Shown here: one piece after another, positions 55,054-64,000 of the stretch
Position numbering within the stretch: position 1 is the first letter of the stretch
How the letters are laid out: each line of letters begins with the position of its first letter
NCBI GenBank assembly: GCA_965227775.1
Contig: OZ245777.1
Location: forward strand, 32,001-96,000
Source of the DNA: Phycisphaerales bacterium
GTDB taxonomy: Bacteria > Planctomycetota > Phycisphaerae > Phycisphaerales > UBA1924
DNA length: 64,000 nt
Reading direction: 5' to 3'
Made by a program: the position numbers and the translations under genes
The notes under the pieces: model-generated
What the model saw: the letters and a program-made list of their open reading frames with translations, nothing else
What the model was told of the DNA's origin: nothing
The model's database searches: none

Positions 55054-58000
55054 TCAGGCGATGTCGCTCTGGATACCCAGCGGCACCCCCAGCGTGCCGA
55101 ACGAGCCATCGAAGAAGCTGTCGGTGCGGCCCTGGTACGCCACAATGCCCGTCGAGCTCTTCACGGTGAAGCCGTAGAAGACGCCCGCCGCCCCATCGGC
55201 CGCCGCCGCCGCGAAGCGGGCCGGGCTCAGGAAGCTGCGGAGGTCGAACTCGCTCACCGTGGACGCGCCCGCCACGCGGCGGAACGTCTCGGTGCTGCCG
55301 TCGGTGAAGCGGAAGGTGATCTCCAGCAGGCTGTCATTCATGCCCGGGTTGTACACCCGCAGGTACTCGCGCACCTGGCCGGCCTGCGAAGGCGCGAAGC
55401 CCTCGCTGAATCCCCACAACGAGTGGGCGTCGTTCGCCGTCGAGCTCGACAGCGCCTCACCCAGCCCACGCGTGCTGCTCGAAACAACCACGGCCTGGTC
55501 GCTCTCGTAGAACACGCCATAGGGCGTACCGGTCGGGAACAGCGCGATCTCCTGCACGTTGACCAGGCTCACACGGCCCGAGGCAACCTCCACGGTCTGG
55601 CGAATCGCTCCACCATTGTCGAAGATGAACTGCAGCGTAACAGTCGCCGCCGAATCCGACGGGTTGAAGACGCTGATCGTCTCGCTCTCGCTCGACTGGC
55701 CGATCTGGCCCTCGGCGATGGCGCCCTGCGTCGAACCCAGGTTCGCTTCGCCAAGCTGCGCCGAACCCGCACCATTGCCAAAGCTGCTCGCCGCCGCGAC
55801 GATCCGCTCGCTCGCGACGATCGACACGCCGTAACTGCCCGGCGTGATCCGTCCGGCCAGCTGGCCGTTGGCAAGCTCGTTGTTGAAGTTCCAGCCGCCG
55901 CGGCGGTAGCCCTCAAGCGTGTACACCAGTTCGACTGCCTGCCCACCCTGCCCGCTCAGCGGGAAGAGGAAGACGCTGACCTTGGTCGTGTTGCCGGTCG
56001 TGTTCAGGAACGTCACGAAGTCGCTCTGGCCCTGGCCGATCGACACGCTGCCGAAGCTCCACGTCTCGCTCGTCACGCCGCTGAACGCCTCTCCCGTCGA
56101 CGAACCGAAGTCGAAGTGGCTCATCGTCGCCGCGATCGGTACCGAAGAACGAATCTCCAGCGCGTAGGGCGTGTCCTTGAATACGCCGTCGGCCGAACCA
56201 GACACCGGGTTGAACACGTTGGTCGCGCTGCCTTGCTCATACAGCTCGGGCGTCGTGATCGTCAACGCATCGGGGCTGCGCGTGTTGGCTTCCACCGTGC
56301 CGTCGAAGATCACCTGATCGCGGATCGGAACGCTCGGGTCCTCGTACCGCACGATCACCACAACGCGGGCATCAGTGTCCGTGAAGTTCGTCAGCGGCAC
56401 AAACGTGCTCGAGCGGTCATTCGCGAAGCCCTCGGGGTAATACTGGCGATACGCCAGGTCAGCCAGGCCCTCGCTGTCATCCGCCGGAGCGGTCGGGTCG
56501 TAGGTCAGCAGGCCGCCATCAAGCCGCTGCATGTCCGCACGGGTATTGGTCGCGGTCGCCTGCAGGCCGTTCTCGCCAGCAATTCCCTCCTGGCCCTGCT
56601 CGCTCAGGTACACGAAGTACCGCATCGTCGTCGTCTTGCCAGGATCGACCGCGCCGATGTCGTAGCTCAGCGCCATGGTCAGATCGTCCGACAAGCCGTC
56701 TGGGTCGGCCACCATGCGATCGACGACGCTCTGCGGGTTGCGAACGTCGGAAGACAGCGAGGCGAAGAACGCGCTCGCACGCGTATCGCTCGGGTCCGCC
56801 GCCAGGCCGATCGCCAGGCCGCTGCTGCCCGTCGACACGGCCATCGCCTGCCCATCGATCACATCGTTGATCGTGAACAGGGTGCCGGTCGTGCCCACGT
56901 TCTGGTCGGGGTTGAATCCCTCGGTCCACAGCACGTCGCTGATGCGGCGAGAGGTCGTGTTCGTCAGCGTCACGTCGATGGCGATGAAGTTGTCGCCCAC
57001 CCCGTAGCTCATCGCACGGTTCACAAGGAAGCCGTTCGTCACGCCACTGATCGCCACTCGATTCACGCTCGGCGTCGACTGGCTGGTGACGTTGAACGGC
57101 ACGTCCTGGCTGGTGCCCGCGCCGTCGTTGATGAACGCGCCCATGTCAGTGCCAAGCCCGAAGAACGCCGGCCGGCCGTCGAACGCACCGCCAAGGAACT
57201 CGGCCCCACCGAAGACGATCGCCTGGCCGTCAAGGCCCCAGGCACCGCTAGGCGAGAGGCCCACGTTCAAGCGGTCGCCGTTGAAGATCACGCCCGGATC
57301 ACTCACGCCCGAGTTCAGGCGCACCTCGAGGTTGTACGACCCGACCGTGTCACCGTCCTCGCCCGAACCAACGATCGTCGGGTCATACGCGCCCGGCGCC
57401 ACAGCGCGGGTCGAGTCGCTGATGCCAACGAAGTACGTGCCGCCGTCGACGAACACGAAGCCATCAATGGCCGCATCGAGCTCGCCGGCCGGGTTCGAGC
57501 CCTGCAGCTCGTTACCCTCGGCGTCGAACAGCCGGATCGCAAGGTTGGCAACACCGCCCGAGGTCGCCTCGATCGAGAACGTGCTGCCCGCCGCGGCCTC
57601 GAACTGGTAGAGGTCCACGTCGCGAGCACCAAAGCCGCCGTCACCCAGGAAGGCGTTGAAGTTCACCACGCCCTGCGAGGGCTCGATCAGACGCGCCGTC
57701 GTCAGCGTGTCGTTCAGCTCGAACGGGCCGAAGATGTCGTTCTCGAGCACGAGATCCAGCGACCAACCAAGCAGGCTGCCGATGTCGTTGCCCTTCGTAT
57801 CGCGGATCACCAGCTGCCACACGCCCTGCGCGGAGGTGCCGTTATACGCATCAAGCGACTGTTGCGGGCGCCACGAGCCGGTGAACGGCGCATCGGCCGC
57901 CGTCGCGCTGGTGATGTTCCGTGTCGCATCGTCGTCGAAGACCGTGCCGATGAAGTCGTCGGCGTCGGCGCCGACTTCGGTGAACAGGCGAACTTCTTGG

Positions 58001-60489
58001 CCCTGCGGGCCAACCAGGCTCACCGTCAGGTCGCTCACAAAGCTGTGATTGATGTCGATCGTCACGTTGACGTCGCGCACCTCGCGCGAGTCGCTTACGA
58101 CGATCGAGTCAACCAGAACGCTCTGGTCCGGAATCGTCCGGCCAGGAGCCGCGTAGCTGCTGCCACGGTTGATCTCGGCATCACCAATCAGTGCGACATC
58201 CACACGCAGGTCGTAGTTGCCCGTGCTCTGCGTCTCGCCGCTACCGGCCACCAACGGCAGGTACTGCTCGTTACCGAAGCCGCTCACGCCCACGTAGTAC
58301 ACGCCCGCGCTGGGTACGAAGAAGTCGATGAACGGATCGTTCCCGAAGAACTGATCGTTGATCGCCAGCTCCTGGCCCGCCGCATCGAACAGTCGCAGCA
58401 CGCCATCCAGTGTGCTAGGCGTGGGCAGCTGCTGTGCGAACACGCGCGCCGAGATCAGGCCGCCTCGCGGCATATCCAGGCGGAAGATGTCCACGTCGCG
58501 ACCGGCGAACACACCGTCGCCGATGGTGCGACCCGCGAACGTCACGGTGCCATCGCCACCACCGGGGATGATCGCCGGCGTCGCGGTGGCCAGGCGATCG
58601 TTGGGCTCGCCGATGCCCGGCGCAAGGATCAGCTCGAACTCGTAGACCTCGTCCTGACCGCTCGACGAATCACCATTGAGGAAGTTGCCCTCGTCGTCGA
58701 TGATCGCCGTGTTGTCAATCGTCAGGCGGTAGTCGTCGATGGCGCTCAGCGAGCCGACCGGCGTCAGCGTCAGCACCGTGCGTGTCGCATCGAGCTCGGC
58801 CGTCGCAAGGTTGACCGTCACCTCGTTACCATCGAAGAAGCTGCCGTCGCCATTCGCGCGGATCAACGAAATGCGACTCAGGATGTCAACCGGCAGCGCC
58901 TGCACGGGCTCGCTGAACGACACCTGCACCTCGCCCACCGGTGAACCAGCGATCTGGCCGGGGCTCACCTGCAGCACCAACGGGCCATCGGTCGTGATGA
59001 TCTGCAACGCGCGAGCCGCGTTGACGCGCCCATCGGCCACAACACGGTCCTGCAGGGCCGCGATCGGGTCCGACGACGCAATCAACGCGTCGGTCACCTG
59101 CTCGGGCGTTAGGTCGGGCCGCACCGTCTTCATAAGGCCGACGACACCCGCCACGATCGGGCCCGAGAAGCTCGTGCCATCGATGAAGGTGTACTGGCCG
59201 TTGACCGCCGTGGTCAGAATGGCCTCACCCGGAGCCGCCACGTCGACCGTGGTCTCACCAAAGTTCGAGAAGTCCGCAAGCTCGTCGCGGTTGTTGGTCG
59301 CCGCCACCGCCACGATACCCGGCAGGTTGTACGCGGCCGGGAACGCCGTGAACGCGTCGTCGTTGTCGTTGCTGTCATTGCCGGCCGAGGCCACGAATGT
59401 CGCGCCCGCGGCGATGAAGTCCTCGATGGCCTCACGCTCGAAGTCGAACTCCTCAAACTCCGCGAAGAAGGCCGGGCTGAACGCGCCGTAGCTGTTGTTG
59501 CTGGCCACGATGTTCGTGCCCGCATTGATCAGCCCCGTCAGGTAATCGTGCGCCGCGATGATCGCGCCACCGACTAGCGCGCCCTGCTCGTTGGCGATCT
59601 TGATCGGCAGGATCGAAACGTCCCAGTTCACGCCCGAGATACCGATGCCGTTGTTGCCCACGGCGCCGATCGTGCCCGCCACCGCCGTGCCGTGGCCGCC
59701 ACCGATCGCGGTGTCATCCGGGTTGTTGTCGCCGCCGAACTGACCGCTGCCGCCCGGACCAAACGTCGCGGTGCCGAAGTCCCAACCACGCACGTCGTCG
59801 ATGAAGCCGTTGCCGTCGTCGTCGATGCCGTTGCCAGGCACCTCACCGGCGTTCTGCCAGATGTTGTCCGCCAGGTCCTCGTGGTACCACTCAACGCCCG
59901 TGTCCACCACAGCGATCACCACGCCACTCGAACCGGTCGTGATCTCCCACGCCTCCTCGAGCTTGATGTCCGCCCCGGGCGTGCCCTGCGGCTGACCCGG
60001 AATCGGCTGGCCCACGTTGTCCACCCACCACGCACCCTCGTTCAGCGGGTCGTTCGCCACGCGCTGCGGGGCGTACGCGACGTTGGGCTCGATGTTGATC
60101 AGGTTGCCGATCCGGTCGCGGATCACCTCGATCGCGCCCTCGTGCAGCGGGTCCGGCGTCAGGAACTCGACATACCTGCTGCCGCGATGCATGTAACCGT
60201 CGATGGCAATGCCCAGCTCATGCACCAGCTTGCTGAACTCGGCCGTCAGCGTTTCCTTGTTGACCGAGCGGTCAAAGGTCGCGATCCACGAGTCCTCGAT
60301 CGCGGCAACCTCGCCGTCGCCCCAGGGCCGGATCTCCACGCCCGCCGGCAACTCGACCGCCGACGAAAGCAGCACGCGAGGCTCGAGTGCCTCCACGTGC
60401 GTCGGGGCGTCCGCTCGCCCCGGTGCAGCGGCCCCGGCCAGGCGGAACAGATCGGTCAGGCGGCGGCGGACGGATGTGCTCGTAGACAT
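55054..60489 (-). CDS. Large secreted S8 (subtilisin) serine protease with LEPRxLL motif, Ig-like, PPC and P-proprotein domains and C-terminal repeats
   Basis: EALEPRVLLS; triad VDTG / HGTAVAG / GTSFSGP; HSFVSDL..L.GPQG P-domain; DVDIF/DVDLY PPC domains. Confidence 0.9.
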   Translation of the reverse strand: MSTSTSVRRRLTDLFRLAGAAAPGRADAPTHVEALEPRVLLSSAVELPAGVEIRPWGDGEVAAIEDSWIATFDRSVNKETLTAEFSKLVHELGIAIDGYMHRGSRYVEFLTPDPLHEGAIEVIRDRIGNLINIEPNVAYAPQRVANDPLNEGAWWVDNVGQPIPGQPQGTPGADIKLEEAWEITTGSSGVVIAVVDTGVEWYHEDLADNIWQNAGEVPGNGIDDDGNGFIDDVRGWDFGTATFGPGGSGQFGGDNNPDDTAIGGGHGTAVAGTIGAVGNNGIGISGVNWDVSILPIKIANEQGALVGGAIIAAHDYLTGLINAGTNIVASNNSYGAFSPAFFAEFEEFDFEREAIEDFIAAGATFVASAGNDSNDNDDAFTAFPAAYNLPGIVAVAATNNRDELADFSNFGETTVDVAAPGEAILTTAVNGQYTFIDGTSFSGPIVAGVVGLMKTVRPDLTPEQVTDALIASSDPIAALQDRVVADGRVNAARALQIITTDGPLVLQVSPGQIAGSPVGEVQVSFSEPVQALPVDILSRISLIRANGDGSFFDGNEVTVNLATAELDATRTVLTLTPVGSLSAIDDYRLTIDNTAIIDDEGNFLNGDSSSGQDEVYEFELILAPGIGEPNDRLATATPAIIPGGGDGTVTFAGRTIGDGVFAGRDVDIFRLDMPRGGLISARVFAQQLPTPSTLDGVLRLFDAAGQELAINDQFFGNDPFIDFFVPSAGVYYVGVSGFGNEQYLPLVAGSGETQSTGNYDLRVDVALIGDAEINRGSSYAAPGRTIPDQSVLVDSIVVSDSREVRDVNVTIDINHSFVSDLTVSLVGPQGQEVRLFTEVGADADDFIGTVFDDDATRNITSATAADAPFTGSWRPQQSLDAYNGTSAQGVWQLVIRDTKGNDIGSLLGWSLDLVLENDIFGPFELNDTLTTARLIEPSQGVVNFNAFLGDGGFGARDVDLYQFEAAAGSTFSIEATSGGVANLAIRLFDAEGNELQGSNPAGELDAAIDGFVFVDGGTYFVGISDSTRAVAPGAYDPTIVGSGEDGDTVGSYNLEVRLNSGVSDPGVIFNGDRLNVGLSPSGAWGLDGQAIVFGGAEFLGGAFDGRPAFFGLGTDMGAFINDGAGTSQDVPFNVTSQSTPSVNRVAISGVTNGFLVNRAMSYGVGDNFIAIDVTLTNTTSRRISDVLWTEGFNPDQNVGTTGTLFTINDVIDGQAMAVSTGSSGLAIGLAADPSDTRASAFFASLSSDVRNPQSVVDRMVADPDGLSDDLTMALSYDIGAVDPGKTTTMRYFVYLSEQGQEGIAGENGLQATATNTRADMQRLDGGLLTYDPTAPADDSEGLADLAYRQYYPEGFANDRSSTFVPLTNFTDTDARVVVIVRYEDPSVPIRDQVIFDGTVEANTRSPDALTITTPELYEQGSATNVFNPVSGSADGVFKDTPYALEIRSSVPIAATMSHFDFGSSTGEAFSGVTSETWSFGSVSIGQGQSDFVTFLNTTGNTTKVSVFLFPLSGQGGQAVELVYTLEGYRRGGWNFNNELANGQLAGRITPGSYGVSIVASERIVAAASSFGNGAGSAQLGEANLGSTQGAIAEGQIGQSSESETISVFNPSDSAATVTLQFIFDNGGAIRQTVEVASGRVSLVNVQEIALFPTGTPYGVFYESDQAVVVSSSTRGLGEALSSSTANDAHSLWGFSEGFAPSQAGQVREYLRVYNPGMNDSLLEITFRFTDGSTETFRRVAGASTVSEFDLRSFLSPARFAAAAADGAAGVFYGFTVKSSTGIVAYQGRTDSFFDGSFGTLGVPLGIQSDIA

Positions 60490-60807
60490 CGGAATCTCCA
60501 ACGGCGACGCGCTAAGGCGTGACGGCATCTCGATATGGACGCTTCGGTGCTGGCCCGTCCCGCCGGGCTCGGCGAGACATGAGGGTGGGTCGGTGGGCAT
60601 GAGCCGGCGGCGCCGACCCACGATTTGCGGCCCGCCAGACCTGCGCCCAGCGGCCACTCGGAGCGCTCCGCCGGACGGGGCTGCCCGGCCAGAGATCACG
60701 CCGGCAAGCTCGCCAAGCGCTGCTCCCACACAGGCATACGACCTTCCGGGTCGCACTGTTGCTCAATACGCCGCTAGTGTAGCCGCCGACGCCATCCAGG
60801 TGGCCAG

Positions 60808-62088
60808 TCAACCCACGGCCGGCGCTGCAGCCCCCGATCCAACCCACACGCCGGCCAGACCCAGCAGCATCGCCGCCTGCCGCTCGCTCGCGCCCCGCTG
60901 CGCCTCTACGCACCGCCGCGCCGCGACCGACATCTCCGCACGCGCTCCCGCATCACCGAACAAATCCTCAATCACGCCCCCGAGCGCCTCCACCTCAACC
61001 ACCCGCAGGGCTCCCGCGTCGGACAGCGTCCGCACCACGGTCGCAAAGTTCGCGTGCGCCGACCCGGTCAACACGGGCTTGCCCAAGGCAGCCGGCTCCA
61101 TCGGGTCGCTCCCTTGCACCGGCCCGTCAACCGGCCCGAAGCTCCGCCCGACCACCACCACATCCGCCAGCTCGTACGCCGCACCAAGCTCGCCCAGAGT
61201 GTCGAGCACGTACCGCTCCCCACCACCCGCAACACCTGCCGACCGCCGAACACACCCCGGCATCGCCAGGGCAGCCTCATCGAACCGTTCCGGCTTCCGC
61301 GGCGCACACACCAGCTGCACCCCAGCCGGACACGCCGCGTGCAGCAGCGCTTCCTCCCCGGGCCCCGTGCTCCCGGCGACCAGCACCGGCCGCCCCCGGT
61401 CGATCCCCATCGCTGCAGCCAGTTCCGTAGCGCGCGCCGACACGCCCTCCGCCGGCGGGTCCGGCGCCGAGTCCCACTTCAGGCTCCCCGCGACCTCCAC
61501 TCTGTCCTCAGGAACGCCCATCGCCACGAACCGCCGCGCGTACGCCTCATCCTGTGCCCCCACGGCCGCCAGAGATCCAAACGCCCCACGCAGCACCGGC
61601 CGCAGCTTGCGATACCCCGCGAACGACCGCTCGCTGATCCGCCCATTGATCACCGCCACCGGCACGCCCCGCCGCCGGCACGCCGCCACGAAGTTGGGCC
61701 ACAGCTCCAGCTCCGCGAGCCCTACCACGTCCGGCCGCACCGCATCCAGAAACCGCCGCACCGAGAACGTCGCATCCAGCGGATACCGCCGCACGTCGCA
61801 AGTCTCTCCATACAGCTCACGCGCCCGCGTCAACCCCGTGTCCGTTGTCGCCGTCACGATCACCCGCGCATGCGGTGCCAGCAACGGCACCAACGCCCGC
61901 ACCGCGTTGGTCTCCCCCACCGACACCGTGTGCAGCATCACCCTCGGCCGACCATCCTCGGCCTTCGGCGGAAGCGGCGCGATCTTGCCGAACCGCTCCC
62001 CCCATCCGCCCCGGGCCTTACGAGCCCACCACGGCGCCGTCGCCGCTGCCACACCCAGGTACACCGCGTTGGTCACCGCCCCGATCAC
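60808..62088 (-). CDS. waaA: 3-deoxy-D-manno-octulosonic acid transferase
   Basis: HTVSVGE, TTDTG, YPLD, ELELWPN, NGRISERS, GSLKWD, DTLGEL, EPAALG; start uncertain (62076-62157). Confidence 0.9.
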   Translation of the reverse strand: MIGAVTNAVYLGVAAATAPWWARKARGGWGERFGKIAPLPPKAEDGRPRVMLHTVSVGETNAVRALVPLLAPHARVIVTATTDTGLTRARELYGETCDVRRYPLDATFSVRRFLDAVRPDVVGLAELELWPNFVAACRRRGVPVAVINGRISERSFAGYRKLRPVLRGAFGSLAAVGAQDEAYARRFVAMGVPEDRVEVAGSLKWDSAPDPPAEGVSARATELAAAMGIDRGRPVLVAGSTGPGEEALLHAACPAGVQLVCAPRKPERFDEAALAMPGCVRRSAGVAGGGERYVLDTLGELGAAYELADVVVVGRSFGPVDGPVQGSDPMEPAALGKPVLTGSAHANFATVVRTLSDAGALRVVEVEALGGVIEDLFGDAGARAEMSVAARRCVEAQRGASERQAAMLLGLAGVWVGSGAAAPAVG

Positions 62089-62267
62089 GCCCCAGAGTAG
62101 CCGACAACCCCAAAACACCCTGCGCCCACCCGCCTCGCCCTCCGCATGTACGTTCATGCCGGCTCGCAGGGGGAGACGGGCCGACATCGCCGATAGGGGT
62201 ACCCTGGGGTGAGCCCAGCGTCCCATTCTCGTTTGGGTACAGGATCAAGCTAGTGAAGGAGTCCGAG

Positions 62268-63113
62268 ATGCAAGCCACCACCCGCCCAACGCTGCTCGCC
62301 GCAGCCATGATCGCCGGCCTCCTGGCCGTCAGCGTCTTGTCCGGCTGCACCGCCAGCGCCCGCTTGCTGGGCAAGGCCACCGCCAACAAGTACGCCAGCC
62401 CGCAATCGGGCACCGTCTGGGTGGTCCCCCCGCCCCAGCTCGAGCCCCCCGCCCCCGAAGACAAGACCGTCTACGTCTCGTACCAGAACATCTCCGACGC
62501 AGACGTCGACCTCACCCAGCTGCTCCGCGATGCCGCGTCCGCCCAAGGCTGGCAGCTCGTCGCCAACCCGCAGGAAGCCACCTACCGCCTCCGCGCCCGA
62601 ACCCGCTTCTTCGGCGAGGTCGAGCCCGAGTCGGGAGGCGCCAGCGCCGCCCGCACCATGGGCTGGATCACAGGCGCCGCCGTCGGCGTGGGTACCTACG
62701 CGCTCGTCGAAAGCGCCACAGATAGCTGGGCGGCGGGCGCCGCGACGGGCGCAGCCGCGGGTGGCCTCGTCGGCCTGGGCATCTCCAACGCGTCCAAGGT
62801 CCGCGAGTGGGCCCTCATCACCGACTTCGTGCTCGAAGAGTACAGCCCCAATCCCATCGAGTTCGAACTGCTCGCAGACAGCGACAGCTCCGGCACCACC
62901 ACCGCCGGCGTCGGATCGGGCCGCGCTGCCGACGGCGGCGCCACAAGCCAGCGCACCGGCAGCACCGCCACCATGACGCGCACCAGCAATTACTTCCCCC
63001 ACGGCGTGCGCCTCAGCGCCTGGGCCAACCAGATGAACATGAAAGAAGGTGAGGCCATGCCGCTCATCCGCGAACGACTCGAGAACGTCGTCAAGCAGAT
63101 GCTGCCGCAGTAA
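62268..63113 (+). CDS. TraT-like (complement resistance) outer-membrane lipoprotein
   Basis: LSG-C lipobox, KTVYVSYQNISD, NPQEATY, glycine zipper, ITDFVLEE, ANQMNM..EA.P; AAGGAG RBS. Confidence 0.75.
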   Translation: MQATTRPTLLAAAMIAGLLAVSVLSGCTASARLLGKATANKYASPQSGTVWVVPPPQLEPPAPEDKTVYVSYQNISDADVDLTQLLRDAASAQGWQLVANPQEATYRLRARTRFFGEVEPESGGASAARTMGWITGAAVGVGTYALVESATDSWAAGAATGAAAGGLVGLGISNASKVREWALITDFVLEEYSPNPIEFELLADSDSSGTTTAGVGSGRAADGGATSQRTGSTATMTRTSNYFPHGVRLSAWANQMNMKEGEAMPLIRERLENVVKQMLPQ

Positions 63114-63160
63114 GCACGCAGATACACCGAACCGCACGTACAAGAAGCTTCACCGAGAAC

Positions 63161-63195
63161 GAGCCCGGCGCGCACACGCGGCCGGGCTCTTGCCT
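63161..63195 (+). terminator. Possible intrinsic terminator
   Basis: GAGCCCGGC...GCCGGGCTC stem followed by TTGCCTT; weak U tract. Confidence 0.45.
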
Positions 63196-63223
63196 TGCGC
63201 CCACAACTCCATAACCTGCTCCC

Positions 63224-64000
63224 ATGAGCCCACCCAGCAAGTCCACCGTCGGCGTGCTCCACCCCGGCGCCATGGGCGCCGCCGTCGCCCACGCCATCGC
63301 ATCGAACGGCCACGACGTCGCCTGGTGCAACGCCAACCGCAGCGCCGAGACCGCGCACCGCGCCTCGGGCCTGCGCGAATTCTCATCGCTACTCGACCTG
63401 ACCACCTGGGCAGACACCATCATCAGCGTCGTGCCGCCCCACGCCGCCATCGCCGTCGCACGAGAAGCCGCAGGCGGCGGCTTCCAGGGCGTCTACGTCG
63501 ACGCGAACGCCATCAGCCCCGCCACCGCCGCCACCGTGCGCGCAACCGTCGAGAAATCGGGCGCGACCTACATCGACGGTGGCATCATCGGCCCTCCACC
63601 AACCAAGCCGGCCGGCAGCCGCCTCTATCTCGCCGGCGAGCGCGCACCCGAAGTCGCCGCACTCTTCGAGGGCTCGACCTTCGAGGCGCCGGTCCTCAAA
63701 AACATGGGCGACTTCGCCGCCAGCGCGCTCAAGATGGTCTACGCCGCGTGGACCAAGGGCAGCGCCGCCATGCTGCTCGCGACCGCAGAGACCGCAAACA
63801 ACCTCGGCGTGCTCGACGCGCTCAAGTCCGAGTGGCAGCACTCCACGCCCGAAATCGCCGCGAGGTACGAGCGCACGAGCAGCGCCGTCCTGCCAAAGGC
63901 GTGGCGCTACGTAGGCGAGATGCTCGAGATCGCCGCCACGTTCGAGTCCGCCGGCCAGCCGGGCGATTTCCACAGCGCCGCCGCCAAGGTGTACCAGCGC
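63224..64000 (+). CDS. NAD(P)-dependent oxidoreductase (6PGDH/3-hydroxyisobutyrate DH-like, DUF1932), 3' truncated
   Basis: Manually translated: VGVLHPGAMG, YVDANAISP, IDGGIIG, ASALKMVYAAWTKG, KAWRYVGEM; no stop before window end. Confidence 0.85.
   Translation, partial: MSPPSKSTVGVLHPGAMGAAVAHAIASNGHDVAWCNANRSAETAHRASGLREFSSLLDLTTWADTIISVVPPHAAIAVAREAAGGGFQGVYVDANAISPATAATVRATVEKSGATYIDGGIIGPPPTKPAGSRLYLAGERAPEVAALFEGSTFEAPVLKNMGDFAASALKMVYAAWTKGSAAMLLATAETANNLGVLDALKSEWQHSTPEIAARYERTSSAVLPKAWRYVGEMLEIAATFESAGQPGDFHSAAAKVYQR

Noticed and set aside
55423..58944. 1173-aa plus-strand ORF and other long antisense ORFs (e.g. 28415-30364, 50150-52030, 26426-28159)
   Set aside because: Shadow frames of well-supported opposite-strand genes in high-GC DNA; R/A/H-rich with no motifs
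60490..60756. N-terminal extension of the S8 protease
   Set aside because: No signal or domain features; ATG at 60489 has a GGAG RBS and puts LEPRxLL near the N-terminus
62268..63113. Conjugative element implied by TraT
   Set aside because: No other transfer genes, integrase, att sites or compositional shift
1..64000. tRNA, rRNA, CRISPR array, IS or prophage
   Set aside because: No cloverleaf, spaced direct repeats, transposase or phage genes recognised by eye; not confirmed computationally

Overview
High-GC bacterial chromosomal window, most likely from a planctomycete (Phycisphaerales-like). The inference rests on a prepilin/H-X9-DG (DUF1559-type) gene, a LEPRxLL secreted S8 protease and C-terminal CxxCGY-CPECG membrane proteins. 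About 4.3-31.8 kb is one minus-strand flagellar cluster: flgB-flgC-fliE-F-G-H-I-J-(YlxF/FlbB-like)-fliK-flgD-(TIGR02530-like)-flgE-flbD-motA-motB-fliL-fliN-fliO-P-Q-R-flhB-flhA-flhF-flhG-orf-fliA. It has no fliM. It is headed by a sensorless histidine kinase and a sigma54 activator, a FlgN-like chaperone and a cytoplasmic Ser/Thr kinase plus metallophosphoesterase pair. The rest is housekeeping and envelope genes: purM, folK, amidase, trmL, a SpoU methylase, uppP, rnr, mscS, phoX, ldhA, waaA and a TraT-like lipoprotein. Notable non-obvious signals are: (1) a GCGCA-N5-TGCGC palindrome recurring in three intergenic gaps of the flagellar cluster, a candidate activator enhancer, plus a sigma54 promoter before flgB; (2) a candidate CU-rich small RNA with a perfect 14-bp hairpin at about 35.3 kb; (3) several apparent pseudo-enzymes (HD-less Mesh1-like, Zn-less MDR, Cys-free TlpA). 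No rRNA, tRNA, CRISPR or mobile element was recognised. All calls come from reading motifs by eye; no database searches were run.
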